Positions 44,997 through 55,616 of a stretch of 64,000 nt of DNA are shown in pieces (position 1 is the first letter of the stretch; every line of letters starts with the position of its first letter). The position numbers and the translations under genes were made by a program. Source of the DNA: Promethearchaeota archaeon Loki_b31 (GTDB lineage Archaea > Asgardarchaeota > Lokiarchaeia > Sigyniarchaeales > SOKP01); the NCBI GenBank assembly GCA_005222975.1, contig NJBI01000004.1, positions 32,742 through 96,741 of the forward strand, given 5' to 3'. The notes below the pieces were generated by a model. It was given only the letters and a program-made list of their open reading frames with translations. It was not told where the DNA came from and ran no database searches.

Positions 44997-46262
44997 CTAT
45001 TTAGACATAGCTTTCAAAAATTTTGGCCACAAGGTTAATTTTTGTAGCCCGGGTAGAGCTCCAAATAAGCGCTCTCCGACATATCTATCTCGATCCGTGT
45101 CGTAATTCCATAAATCTTGGATAGTATGCGCTTCGTACACATATCTTCTAACTGTTTTATTAGTATTTAATAGATTAGTATAAGTTGTCCATAAGGTTTT
45201 TGCGGACGAATCTTTACTGTAGAACAGCAATTCGCAGGCAACTCCATTCCTAAAATAACCATTCAACAAAATTCGAGCAATCTCTTGATCGTATGTTATT
45301 AATTCTGATCTTGAAAAGTTTGAATTGTTTTCTAATAACGGTTTTATGAGCTTTGCTGCGATATTAGCACTAGCTAAACCACCTAAAAGTCCTTCGTAAA
45401 AGAATGCGGTAACCACTCCTGCAGCCTCCCCTAAGACAATTACGCGATCTTTAGTCATGGTACTTATTGGATGTTTTGAAATCCCTCCAGTAATAAAATT
45501 TCTGTCCCATTTCAATCCATTCATAAAAGGTTGAATTTTCTTATAGTTTCTTAGAATTCTTTCTAATTTTTCTCTGAGCTGGTCAGGAGATTCTTTATTT
45601 CCTAGATATCCTGTCGAAACCCTACCTTTTCCTACGTTAAAAAAGAAGGGTCCATTAGGGCTTATGTTAGGGTTTAGATGAAACATATATTGAAAGTTAA
45701 AATTCTCATCTAGTAGGCTTTCATCAGCGTATGTATTAGTATATATTCCCATAAAAGAGTCAGGAATTTCAAAACCTAACGATTTCTGTAAATCAAATCC
45801 ACGAGAACCTGTAGCTAAAATTAAAAGTTTAGTTGTATAAGATTCTCCTTTATTGTTAATAACCTCAACATAATCAATGTGTTTTACTACTTTTGCTACT
45901 TTTTCATTAAATTGCGTTGTGCCACCTTGATCTTTAAACTTATCAATAAGTTTTTTAATGAATATTTCTGTGTGTGAAATCTTTCCTAGCGGCTTGCCAA
46001 ACTCTTTAGAATTCAAAAGGCCATCATACTTGTCGCTCTTATAGTTTAATTGGAGAAAAGGTCGTGGAAAAATTGAATCGTCGTTCCAGAACACATCGTC
46101 AATAAAAGGTTTATTATGTTCTGCAAATATATTTATTCTAACAGGTATTTCCCGATCGTAATCTTGTGATTCAATTAGAAGAGTTTTTGCGTACTTTGAT
46201 GCCTTATACGCTAATGATGCTCCGGAAATCCCAGCTCCTATAATAATTATATCGTAATTCAT
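44997..46262 (-). CDS. FAD-dependent oxidoreductase, geranylgeranyl reductase family
   Basis: N-terminal YDIIIIGAGISGASLAY (GxGxxG), VIVLGEAAGVVTAFFYEGL (GDAAG-like) and a length near 420 aa. Confidence 0.7.
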   Translation of the reverse strand: MNYDIIIIGAGISGASLAYKASKYAKTLLIESQDYDREIPVRINIFAEHNKPFIDDVFWNDDSIFPRPFLQLNYKSDKYDGLLNSKEFGKPLGKISHTEIFIKKLIDKFKDQGGTTQFNEKVAKVVKHIDYVEVINNKGESYTTKLLILATGSRGFDLQKSLGFEIPDSFMGIYTNTYADESLLDENFNFQYMFHLNPNISPNGPFFFNVGKGRVSTGYLGNKESPDQLREKLERILRNYKKIQPFMNGLKWDRNFITGGISKHPISTMTKDRVIVLGEAAGVVTAFFYEGLLGGLASANIAAKLIKPLLENNSNFSRSELITYDQEIARILLNGYFRNGVACELLFYSKDSSAKTLWTTYTNLLNTNKTVRRYVYEAHTIQDLWNYDTDRDRYVGERLFGALPGLQKLTLWPKFLKAMSK

Positions 46263-46409
46263 TAAATCTTTAAATTATTAATAAAAAAAAAAGATTATTA
46301 AATAGAATTTTAATAGAACCTCTTAAATTCACTAGTATAAAATACTAACTAAACTTACACTTAGTTGTTTGATGATTTTCTTGAGATTAGGCTCACCAAG
46401 GTCAAAAAA

Positions 46410-47162
46410 TTAGAGGATATTTTCGATCGTTTTAATTAATTTATCTAAATTTAGTTCAGCCATACCGAGAGGGACCGAAGACTCGAATAACACTACGATC
46501 AATAATGGATCGAGCTTCCACGGAATATTTATTTTTCTCGTAAAGATTTTTTGTCCATTGTCTAAGCTAACAAATGTCAATTTGAATTCGTTTGCCACCA
46601 TATGTCTAATTTCTAATTCTTTTAAAGAGGATAACAATATATTATGCGGGAGAGAAGTAAAAATTACTTTTCCATTGATCGTAAATAAAATAGCACCTAA
46701 TATCTCATTTTCTAACGTTAATCTCTTAATGAAATCGATAATTTTTCTATATAAAGGTTGACTACCGATCAATTCATCTTCACCGGTAATAATTGAATCA
46801 ATTTTAGAGTCGAATTCGGCGCTTTCGATTACTTGGCAATCTTCAACATCGTTGTTCTCTAAAAATTCTTCAAATACATCAACTATACTAACCAAACGGG
46901 AATTAATAAACAATAAACTTGCACTTGAATCCGCTAAAATAGCATAAATAAATTCTCCTTTCACTTTAAAAGCAATTCTAAATCCGCCCATTTCGAGAAT
47001 TTCCGGAGTCTGTTTAGAGATAACATTTGCTGAGAATGAAAATAACGCTGAAAAAAAGGGTGTAATTAAATTAGGTTCAATATTATCAAAATCGCTCGTG
47101 ATATTTCTGCTGTAAATACAAGCTCCTGTATTTTTTAATATAAAAAGCGAATGGATGTTCAT
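46410..47162 (-). CDS. two-domain longin-like + Roadblock-like protein (putative GTPase-regulator fold)
   Basis: The N-terminus MNIHSLFILKNTGACIYSRNI...FFSALFSFSANV...FRIAFKVKGEFIYAILAD is longin-like. The C-terminus ILGAILFTINGKVIFTSL...LIVVLFESSVPLGM is roadblock-like. Confidence 0.5.
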   Translation of the reverse strand: MNIHSLFILKNTGACIYSRNITSDFDNIEPNLITPFFSALFSFSANVISKQTPEILEMGGFRIAFKVKGEFIYAILADSSASLLFINSRLVSIVDVFEEFLENNDVEDCQVIESAEFDSKIDSIITGEDELIGSQPLYRKIIDFIKRLTLENEILGAILFTINGKVIFTSLPHNILLSSLKELEIRHMVANEFKLTFVSLDNGQKIFTRKINIPWKLDPLLIVVLFESSVPLGMAELNLDKLIKTIENIL

Positions 47163-47444
47163 CTTTAATTACACCGATATCTATTTATAGAAAAATAGAA
47201 TAAATTTACTTTTTTAAGTGTTATTAATAGAAGAATAGTCTGCTAATATTGTTAATCTTTATTAAAAATAAAAAAAAGTTTTAAATATTTTTCGTTTTTT
47301 CGTTCTTTTGTTGGGACTTTTTTTTCATAATCGCGAGCTTTAAATAGAGGACTAAATATTATAAATTAATAAAGTTATGTGATTGTGATGCACTATATCA
47401 CCACTTTAAACTTGGTAGTAAACAACACAAAAACGGAAAAGAAA

Positions 47445-47852
47445 ATGTCTGATAATGATTTAGAAAAGATTCGGCTAAAAAAGGCCGAAATGCTGATAAA
47501 AGCTCAATCGATGCCAACAGAAATAGTTAAAATTCATTCGGCAGAAGAGTTTAATAAATTAACCCAAGATTTCTCTGATAAGGTTATAATAATAGATTTC
47601 TGGGCGGTTTGGTGTTCTCCTTGCATGATGTTTGCACCAATATTCGAAAAAATTCAAAAGGAGCGCTATCAAGATTTTATCTTTGTTAAAGTAAACGTTG
47701 ACGAAGTCGGCTCTATAGCCCAAAATTACAGAATTACTGGAATTCCTACGACGTTATTTATTAAAGATAATAAGGTAATACATAAAATTGTTGGCGCAGT
47801 AAACGAAGATTACATGAACAGAATCCTGGAAAAACTTAAGTCTTTCGCGTAA
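47445..47852 (+). CDS. thioredoxin
   Basis: IIDFWAVWCSPCMMFAP (WCxPC active site) and the later GIPT cis-Pro loop. The ORF is open from GTG 47379, but ATG 47445 (MSDNDLEK) gives a typical length. Confidence 0.88.
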   Translation: MSDNDLEKIRLKKAEMLIKAQSMPTEIVKIHSAEEFNKLTQDFSDKVIIIDFWAVWCSPCMMFAPIFEKIQKERYQDFIFVKVNVDEVGSIAQNYRITGIPTTLFIKDNKVIHKIVGAVNEDYMNRILEKLKSFA

Positions 47853-47919
47853 TTTATTTTTTATTTTTTATTTTATTAAATTTTAAATTAAATAACAAAA
47901 TAATTATTGGTGTTAATCC

Positions 47920-48366
47920 TTGGAAAGTATTTCAGAACAATTAAAAGGTATGTTAGAAGAGAAAAAGATTTTTAAAAGTGGAAAATTGTTTAAATGCATA
48001 TTAGGACTTAACGTTATAGAATCAGTTGTTTTTTCTTATTTATTAAAACACAACAACGTGAGTACGATGGAATTAACTGAATTATTTAAAAAAGATCGTA
48101 GCTCAATTCAAAGAGCCCTCCAAACTCTAATTGAAGTTAATGTTATCGAAAGAAAATCAATGTCTTTAAAAGAATTCAGCGAAAAAAAGGATATAGAAGA
48201 TAAAACTAAACGTGGATACTTATATGTTTACGGAGCAAAAGATTTAGAAATGGTTAAGGAGCAGACTCGCGATTTACTTGATAAATGGTATGCATCTATG
48301 CTAAACTATATCGAAAATTTAGATAGTGTTTTTGACTGCTACGAAAAACAAGGAGAGCTTTGTTAG
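47920..48366 (+). CDS. winged-helix transcriptional regulator (TrmB/MarR-like)
   Basis: VVFSYLLKHNNVSTMELTELFKKDRSSIQRALQTLIEVNVIERK has the HTH-plus-wing pattern. The start codon is TTG. Confidence 0.6.
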   Translation: MESISEQLKGMLEEKKIFKSGKLFKCILGLNVIESVVFSYLLKHNNVSTMELTELFKKDRSSIQRALQTLIEVNVIERKSMSLKEFSEKKDIEDKTKRGYLYVYGAKDLEMVKEQTRDLLDKWYASMLNYIENLDSVFDCYEKQGELC

Positions 48367-48508
48367 GTTTTAATTTGTATATCTATATTTTTAAACTCTT
48401 CCTTTGATGTAAGACTAATTAAAATATTGCAATCTAATTCTTTGTGAATTATTTTAAGTTTCAATTTCTTTTTTTATCTTTTTATAGAATAAAGTTTAAA
48501 TCTATAGT

Positions 48509-49828
48509 ATGAACGATATTTCGAAAAAAATGCCATTATTGTCAATTATTCTATTTGTTTTAATCATTACGCTAATAAATTCTGTATCGAATATGATTTC
48601 GCCGAATTTACTCGTGATTTCAAATTATTTCGGGTTTGGAGGTGATACTGCACCTATTGGAGTACTTACTTTCTCTTTTATGATTTTTACTGGGATAACG
48701 ATGTTAATTTTTGGATATTTGGCAGATAAAATCGTTAGAAAATGGATTGTGTTTTTTGGTTCATTAATATTTTCCATATTTTCGCTTTTTACTATAACTG
48801 TTCCAACTGGAACTATTGGTTATTCAGTTTTTTTCTTCTTAACTATCTTAACAGGAATAGGATATGGCGCATTAATTCCGAGCATTTTTTCGTTAATGGG
48901 GGATATGGTCTCGAGTGAGGATCGCTCTAAAGGCTTTTCGTTTTTCTCGATCGCATCTTTATTTGGAATAGTTTTTGGTAGCGCTTTAGCTACATATGCT
49001 GGCAGTACTGATTGGAGATTCCCCTTTCTAGTAATTGGCATCGTTGGAATTCTAGCATCGTTATTATTTTTGCTTTTTAAAGAACCTTCTCGTTTGGGTA
49101 AAGATCACTCCTTTGATATAGACGCTGTCGATTACTCTTATAGGATAAAACTATCAGATGTAAGGATAATTTTTAAAAAGAAGGCTAACATTTGGTTAGT
49201 TGTTAATTTTGTAGATACGATTCCTACCGGCATTATACTAACCTTACTTTATGCATATATGGAAGTATATCATGGGATTACCGCGGATGTGACTGTGCTA
49301 ATTTTCTTAATTATCCTCGTAAATATCATACTTGGGACTGTAGTGTTTGGGTATATTGGAGACAAGAAGTTTAAAAAAGGTAATAAAAAAGCGAGGGTTC
49401 TTTTAGCGTTATTTGGCAATATTGCACCTATTCCATTTCTATTCGCCGCATTAATTATTCCGTTTAGCGCTCCTAATTTATTTCCAGGCTTATTAATTTG
49501 GATCGTACTATTCAGTATTGGAATGTTTACAAATGGAGCAGTAAACGGGAACTGGTATGCCACAGTCGTAGACTTAAACCTACCAGAAAACCGTGGAACT
49601 GTGTTGGCAACCTCAAATTTTTTTGACATCATTGGACGGGCGATTGGTCCTTTAATCGGAACCATTATCGCAGATATATTCGGTTTTGTTATTGGAATGA
49701 TGATTTCAATTTTCTTTTGGATTTTTATTCCCTTTTTCTGGATTCCAGTCCTTAAAAATGTCGTAAGAGAAATTGAATCTACAGAGAAAGTATTTGACGA
49801 GAGAATAAAATCTCTAACTAATACTTAA
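48509..49828 (+). CDS. MFS transporter
   Basis: About 12 hydrophobic helices and the MFS loop motif GYLADKIVRKW between TM2 and TM3. Confidence 0.8.
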   Translation: MNDISKKMPLLSIILFVLIITLINSVSNMISPNLLVISNYFGFGGDTAPIGVLTFSFMIFTGITMLIFGYLADKIVRKWIVFFGSLIFSIFSLFTITVPTGTIGYSVFFFLTILTGIGYGALIPSIFSLMGDMVSSEDRSKGFSFFSIASLFGIVFGSALATYAGSTDWRFPFLVIGIVGILASLLFLLFKEPSRLGKDHSFDIDAVDYSYRIKLSDVRIIFKKKANIWLVVNFVDTIPTGIILTLLYAYMEVYHGITADVTVLIFLIILVNIILGTVVFGYIGDKKFKKGNKKARVLLALFGNIAPIPFLFAALIIPFSAPNLFPGLLIWIVLFSIGMFTNGAVNGNWYATVVDLNLPENRGTVLATSNFFDIIGRAIGPLIGTIIADIFGFVIGMMISIFFWIFIPFFWIPVLKNVVREIESTEKVFDERIKSLTNT

Positions 49829-49910
49829 AAAATCCTTTTTTTTATCATTTGTCAAATTGGTTTTTTCATTTAATATTAATTTAAGAAAAAAAAAAGAATT
49901 AAAATTTAAA

Positions 49911-50312
49911 TTAAATTAGGATAATATATAGGGTAATACCAAATAGCACAACCAGCAATATAGAAACAATTATAAATAGTATAAAAGCTATAACTGTAAC
50001 TACTATCGCTCCTAAAAATCCAGTATGGTGCCGTCCGCTAATGATTAACCACGCAGTAACTAAAACTATGATCCATGCTAACCAACCACCCAGAAACAGA
50101 AATGTAAGAGCATAAATAATGGTTAAGATGAACGCCGTTATAACAATTTGTCCGAATTCTTTGTGTTTCGCTTTACTGAAAAAACTTAAGGCAAGCTTAA
50201 GAAATAGTGCCATTATTATAAGAAAGATCAAATAAAAAATAAGATACCACATTATTCCTTCAAGAGTGCTAAAAGTTTGAGCCCAATCTACGTTGAAAAT
50301 ATCAAATATCAT
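49911..50312 (-). CDS. small integral membrane protein
   Basis: 133 aa with four long hydrophobic segments. No family assignment. Confidence 0.55.
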   Translation of the reverse strand: MIFDIFNVDWAQTFSTLEGIMWYLIFYLIFLIIMALFLKLALSFFSKAKHKEFGQIVITAFILTIIYALTFLFLGGWLAWIIVLVTAWLIISGRHHTGFLGAIVVTVIAFILFIIVSILLVVLFGITLYIILI

Positions 50313-50602
50313 ATAAAAACCTTGTTTTTAATTTTTAATATATTCTTTTTTAAAATTTCATGAATATTTAATTTATTCTTTATTTAATTTAGGTTATAAA
50401 TTTAATTTGAAAAAAACGTATGAATTAAATTATGAAAGAATTATATCGGATACGCATGAGTTTTAATAATAAAGAAGGAGTAAAGTTCTGGAACAATTTA
50501 TAGATTTTTTATCCACTCTTTAAAGAATCTCCTATTTTGATTGATAAATGAAGATTTTTAAATAACATTCTATATTTCTAGTTTTTATTAGGAGAAAATT
50601 TT

Positions 50603-51589
50603 TTGAATGGATGTATTATGACAAAAGAGAAAAAACAAAAGGAACAGGTTAATGGTAGTTTTGATTTATCCGATAAGGATGAATATAACCACGATTGGGG
50701 AAAGTTTCCTCCATTCCATAACGAGAGTTGGTACTTCAATTTTATTGATCGCCCAAATAAAGTTTTTTTTATTACTAGATTATCTTACAACATGGATAAA
50801 AAAAAGTCTCTGGTTTTAGTTTTGCCGATAATTGATGGTAAGGTTAGAGTTTATTTTAAAGAAATTCCTCTTGAAAAAATGCCTGCTAATTGGGAAATCG
50901 ATAAGAAAGTAAAGTATTACTGCATCAAACCAATGAAGCAATGGAGAATTAAATTCAAAAATAGTCAAGTTGATTTAGATGTTAACCTTGAGGGAAGGTT
51001 TCCAGTATTTAATTCAGCTGCGGGTACAGATCCTTTAGCATTTCTTAAGGAGGACTATACTAAGACAGAGCAAGTATTTGCTCAGATGCATTATGAGCAA
51101 CCTATGATAGCTACAGGAACTTTGATCCTGAAAAAAAAGGGGGAAGTAATTGAAACGCGAACCATTAAAGGTTTCGGTCATCGCGATCACAGCTGGGGCA
51201 TTAGAGAGTGGGGCGGGATTGATTCGTGGAATTGGGTTGTTGCCCAGTTTGAAGATGAGACAATTAATTTTTACAAAGCTGAAGCCCTTGGTGAAGAAAA
51301 ACAAGATGGAATAATTTATTCTAAAGGCGCTGATAATATTAGAATTACAAACATAGAAGTGACCACAAAAACGAAAGAAAACGAAAAAACACCTGTTTCA
51401 TCAACATTTATCATAACGGATGAAAATGGAAAGAAAAGAACCATAGAATCAAAAACAATATTTTCGCAATATTTACCTCTTCCATCCGAGAAAGGATTAA
51501 CTGAAGTTTACGAGCAAGTAGCAGTATTCACTTACAATGGAAAGGAAGGCGATGGCATTTCGGAGTATTTATCCACAACGCGGGATTAA
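50603..51589 (+). CDS. hypothetical protein
   Basis: 328-aa ORF. The motifs ESWYFNF and GFGHRDHSWGIREW are conserved-looking but I cannot place them. The start may instead be ATG 50618 (MTKEKK). Confidence 0.55.
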   Translation: MNGCIMTKEKKQKEQVNGSFDLSDKDEYNHDWGKFPPFHNESWYFNFIDRPNKVFFITRLSYNMDKKKSLVLVLPIIDGKVRVYFKEIPLEKMPANWEIDKKVKYYCIKPMKQWRIKFKNSQVDLDVNLEGRFPVFNSAAGTDPLAFLKEDYTKTEQVFAQMHYEQPMIATGTLILKKKGEVIETRTIKGFGHRDHSWGIREWGGIDSWNWVVAQFEDETINFYKAEALGEEKQDGIIYSKGADNIRITNIEVTTKTKENEKTPVSSTFIITDENGKKRTIESKTIFSQYLPLPSEKGLTEVYEQVAVFTYNGKEGDGISEYLSTTRD

Positions 51590-51754
51590 CGCTATGAACT
51601 GAAGTTTGAACTATTTTTTTTTACTTTTTATTATTATTTAATCGGTTATGTTTTTATATCTTTTTATGAATAATCATTCATAAAAAATTAGATCTTATAT
51701 CACAAAAATTGATCGTATAAAATAAAATATAAATAATTTATGTGATGACATTAA

Positions 51755-53122
51755 CTATTCATCTTGTAAAAAATAATAAAATGGGTCTGATCTTGCGACT
51801 CTTTTACTTCTAAACATTCGCGTAACAATGGGATGTACCCCTTTGTATTTTTCTAAAGCTGTAATGTACAATTTCTCTACTTTTGTTTCAGCTAGGTTAG
51901 ACTTTATTTTTTTCCCTAATTTATCAATGTAAAACTTTATTTTATCTTTGTCGATTAAGTCAGTTTTAAGTGGTTTGCCCGATGCATAGTCAAAAGCCCA
52001 AGTCCAGTTAAATTTATCTTCTATACCTGCGTATTGGGCGTACACACCTAAGACGATATTAGCATAAAGGTGACTCCCCAGCATCAATCTTTTAGTAAAG
52101 TTCCATTTCGACATATTAAGATATAATTCTTTCGTGGCACTTTTTGCAAATTTCGACAGTTCCTCTAAAATATTAAGCGAGAGGGGTTTTAATTCACCTA
52201 AATAATCAGGATATCTAAGATCTTTGGGGTGCGATAATTCTCTCGTCCAAATCCCTATTGATGTTATTTTTGAAGAATAATCGGTTGGATCGGCAAATAA
52301 AGTGCCCCAATCGTTAAACTCGATTTTGTTCATATCTTTTAGCGTCATTCCAAATATCACATTTGAAAACGGTGCAATATTGGTGATTTTATATGGCATA
52401 TTTCCAGTCATATCTATTCCATACATTACATCTCCAGTGTATAGTTCTATGAATTCTTTGAATATTAAAGGTTCAGTGTTGTCTTTAAAATAATATGGTC
52501 CATGCTCAGATATAGTAAATCTACACTCGGCTTGGGAAAGGAAACTATAGATGGTTAAATGGGCGATGGTTTGCTTTAAACGCTTTGTTATCTCTTTATT
52601 ATTATTTATAGGGATCATATTACCTTTTAATTTTTCAATATAATCGTCAGAAAGGCATGTAAGTCTTTTATTTTTCAATATTAGAGTCTCGTCATTGAGA
52701 TAATTGGGACTCAATCTTTTCCAAAAGTCAAGAACGAATTTAGTTTCTTTTTTCTTCGTTTCTGGCTCAACAACGATATTAGTTTCGCCACCTTTTTTTT
52801 TATTTAGGTTATCGTAAATAACTTGAGCTCGACCATGCAAATACAACATACATGTAGAATAAAAACCCAAATGATTTAATCCTGGGCCCAAGGATTTCGA
52901 TCTTCTGGCGAGCTCCTCAGGCGATATCTTACTTGCAACTTCTTTTAAGATATTATAAAGATAAGATTGATCGTATAAAACATAACAAGCAACGTGAATG
53001 TAATGGTTTACAGGAAACATTTTACTTTCAACCATTCCACGCTTTAGAAAATTTGCTACAGTAGTCTTAGAAATCAACGCGATTAGTTCATTTGCTTCTT
53101 GGTCGCTAATATCACCTAACAT
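51755..53122 (-). CDS. hypothetical protein (downstream of the PEP-utilizer swivel-domain gene)
   Basis: 455-aa ORF, 106 nt downstream and on the same strand as 53229..53585. No recognisable motif. Confidence 0.6.
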   Translation of the reverse strand: MLGDISDQEANELIALISKTTVANFLKRGMVESKMFPVNHYIHVACYVLYDQSYLYNILKEVASKISPEELARRSKSLGPGLNHLGFYSTCMLYLHGRAQVIYDNLNKKKGGETNIVVEPETKKKETKFVLDFWKRLSPNYLNDETLILKNKRLTCLSDDYIEKLKGNMIPINNNKEITKRLKQTIAHLTIYSFLSQAECRFTISEHGPYYFKDNTEPLIFKEFIELYTGDVMYGIDMTGNMPYKITNIAPFSNVIFGMTLKDMNKIEFNDWGTLFADPTDYSSKITSIGIWTRELSHPKDLRYPDYLGELKPLSLNILEELSKFAKSATKELYLNMSKWNFTKRLMLGSHLYANIVLGVYAQYAGIEDKFNWTWAFDYASGKPLKTDLIDKDKIKFYIDKLGKKIKSNLAETKVEKLYITALEKYKGVHPIVTRMFRSKRVARSDPFYYFLQDE

Positions 53123-53228
53123 ATAAACAACTCCTTACAATTTGATATTTTTAAGATTTTAATTATTTAAACTCATTTTCTAAATATAATATTAGTAAAT
53201 TTAAATGGAAAATAATTTTATTAATTAC

Positions 53229-53585
53229 TCAAATAAATAAATAAATAATCCCCCTGTCTTCACTTTCCGTAATTATTTTTCCCTTTTTCCCCGTCAGTGA
53301 GGACAAATCGTCTATTAAAAAGTCTACATTCATTATACAAGGTATTTCGAATTCTCTTGAAACTATGGCGAGATGTGAGCCTGCAGAACCGAGTGGACAT
53401 AATACTCCTGCCAAATCTGATAAAATTGGACCAAGAGTAGTAGTACCAGAATCTTCGACTATACATATTTTCCCGTTGGCATTATCAAATAAATTTATAA
53501 CGTCTTCTACAGATTGGATAAACACTAATTCCCCTATTGCTTCTGAATTGGACGAACAAGATTCACCTTCCCCAATTTTTTTCAT
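53229..53585 (-). CDS. stand-alone PEP-utilising-enzyme mobile (phosphohistidine swivel) domain protein
   Basis: GPILSDLAGVLCPLGSAGSHLAIVSREFEIPCIMNV matches the swivel-domain pattern (GG.tSHaAIvaRE.GiP.v.g), including the phospho-acceptor His. Confidence 0.8.
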   Translation of the reverse strand: MKKIGEGESCSSNSEAIGELVFIQSVEDVINLFDNANGKICIVEDSGTTTLGPILSDLAGVLCPLGSAGSHLAIVSREFEIPCIMNVDFLIDDLSSLTGKKGKIITESEDRGIIYLFI

Positions 53586-53787
53586 TTAAATCAACAAAAA
53601 ATTTTATTTTTAATAATATCAATCTATTATTTTTTAAATTTATAGTTATTTATCGTAATTATTTAATTTTTTATTTAACTTCTTAGAAATTTATACATAA
53701 ATATATATTGTTTTACCTTATCTTTGAAACTAAATATTTAAAAATATAGTAAACAAATTATATTATTTACTATTTTAATGAATATCG

Positions 53788-54777
53788 ATGATAGGATCAG
53801 AATTCGTTGTATTTTTTCCAGAGGCAAAGCCTGATACTGCCTTATTAGGGGGGAAAGGTTCTAATTTAATCAAATTAATTAAGATGAAACTCTCTGCAAA
53901 AGTTCCCCCCGGATTTATAATCAATACAAATTGTTTCAAGAAATTCCTTAAAGAATCGAAATACTACGACCAATTGAGTAATTTATTGGAAAAGACCTTA
54001 AATCCAAAAGAAATTTTACACCATTCAGCCAAAATTACAAAATTAATATTAGAATCAAAAATTCCTAAAAAAATAGTTGAAAGCATCGAAGGAGCTTTTG
54101 ATAAATTGGTTAAGGGGAAGGATATAGGCTTATCTTTTGCCGTAAGATCTTCAGCAACAATCGAGGATTCAAGCAAATTCTCCTTTGCTGGACAAGCAGA
54201 GAGCTATTTATATAATCTTACTTTTCATGACTTATTACAATCGTTAAAAAATTGCTGGGCATCTTTATTTTCACCTCGTGCAATATTATATATGCTTCAT
54301 ATGAAAAAGTTGGGCGTAAATTTCTCGTTGAAGAATATTCATATGGCAGTTATTGTTCAGAAAATGGTTAATTCACAAATATCAGGAGTTTTATTTACAT
54401 CTAATGTGGTCAATAGCGATTCAAATCAAATGTTGATCAATTCCACATGGGGACTTGGTAATACGATTGTTGATAATTTAATTATCCCAGATTCTATTAT
54501 AATTAAGAAAAATAAATTTGAAGTTTTAAAAAGGATTATCGGTAAAAAAAAGAAAAAGTCGATTAAAAACCCTGAAGGCGCACATACTGTTATAGTAGAA
54601 ACATACCCAAAATTAAGGACAATTTGCTCTTTAAACGATAATCAACTGCGCCAACTTCATAATTTAGGATTAAAAATTGAAAAAGAATTTAATTTTCCTC
54701 AAGATATTGAATGGGCGATAGAAAACGATGAAATCTTTATATTACAAAGCCGACCAATCACTACTTTAAAAAAGTGA
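53788..54777 (+). CDS. stand-alone PPDK_N / PEP synthase ATP-grasp (nucleotide-binding) domain protein
   Basis: LLGGKGSNLIKL, VPPGFIINT, FAVRSSATIEDSSKFSFAGQAESYL, MAVIVQKMVNSQISGVLFT and DIEWAIENDEIFILQSRPIT. Confidence 0.85.
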   Translation: MIGSEFVVFFPEAKPDTALLGGKGSNLIKLIKMKLSAKVPPGFIINTNCFKKFLKESKYYDQLSNLLEKTLNPKEILHHSAKITKLILESKIPKKIVESIEGAFDKLVKGKDIGLSFAVRSSATIEDSSKFSFAGQAESYLYNLTFHDLLQSLKNCWASLFSPRAILYMLHMKKLGVNFSLKNIHMAVIVQKMVNSQISGVLFTSNVVNSDSNQMLINSTWGLGNTIVDNLIIPDSIIIKKNKFEVLKRIIGKKKKKSIKNPEGAHTVIVETYPKLRTICSLNDNQLRQLHNLGLKIEKEFNFPQDIEWAIENDEIFILQSRPITTLKK

Positions 54778-54854
54778 AGAATTAAAATTAACTTTTTCAT
54801 GTTTAATAATATTAAAAGAAAAAAAGAGATTTATTTACATTAAATTTAATTAAA

Positions 54855-55616
54855 TTAAATACCGATATCCCACTTTAGAAAAGAATACGGAATGAATTTT
54901 TCTTGTTCTACTTCGGCTACTACGTATCCCTTTTTCATAGAGTTATCTCCCTTTAAATACGCAGCTCCTAATACTCTTTCCACCTCTATTTCGCCCCAAG
55001 GATCGCTCTCAGATGACCTTAATGTAATTTCTGCGTTCCCCAGTTTTAATTCCTTAGGTCTTAATGGAACCTCTTCTCTTATTAACCGCGGGTTGTAATC
55101 AAAACCCTTACCATCTGGAGAAGGAAAATGCTTAAAATTATATGTTACTGACACAATTTCAGAGCCATCACCAATTGTGCCCGTAAAAAGCTCCATAGCA
55201 TCAGGTGCATTTAATCTACCGTTCAGTTTTGCCTTAACTTCGTAATATCGCGTTCCTTGGCGCTCTATCCATCCTTCAACGATTCTCTTTTCACGTTTAA
55301 AATAGATATCTGCCATTTTTTTTGGATATCCAAATACCTCTCGACCAGCGACTAACGCTTGGTCGTCTGTAACCGGCATTGATAGACAATAACCTCCTTC
55401 TACACCGTCAAATTCTGCACTTAGAAAAAGAGCGCCTTCGTTATATGTCACTCCGAAATTTGTTTTAGGATAATAAGCGACAAACGCGTAGGCAATTGGA
55501 GTGTCCGTAGGTTTTAACGGAGGCGGTAGCAACCGTTTTATTATTTCGGGTTTTGTCTCCCAATACACGACCAGCAGTTCTGCGTCGTAGAAGTCAGCGG
55601 TTTCTCTTTTAGTCAT
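54855..55616 (-). CDS. acetoacetate decarboxylase (ADC) family protein
   Basis: About 250 aa. GREVFGYPKKMADI carries the catalytic-Lys block of the ADC family. WETKPEI..LLPPPLKP lies at the N-terminus and PYSFLKWD at the C-terminus. It is a paralog of 58531..59253. Confidence 0.7.
   Translation of the reverse strand: MTKRETADFYDAELLVVYWETKPEIIKRLLPPPLKPTDTPIAYAFVAYYPKTNFGVTYNEGALFLSAEFDGVEGGYCLSMPVTDDQALVAGREVFGYPKKMADIYFKREKRIVEGWIERQGTRYYEVKAKLNGRLNAPDAMELFTGTIGDGSEIVSVTYNFKHFPSPDGKGFDYNPRLIREEVPLRPKELKLGNAEITLRSSESDPWGEIEVERVLGAAYLKGDNSMKKGYVVAEVEQEKFIPYSFLKWDIGI

Noticed and set aside
53260-53589. ORFs 53260..53466 (-) and 53365..53589 (+)
   Set aside because: Both overlap the swivel-domain gene 53229..53585, which carries the diagnostic GSHLAIVSRE phosphohistidine motif. 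The alternatives have no motifs.
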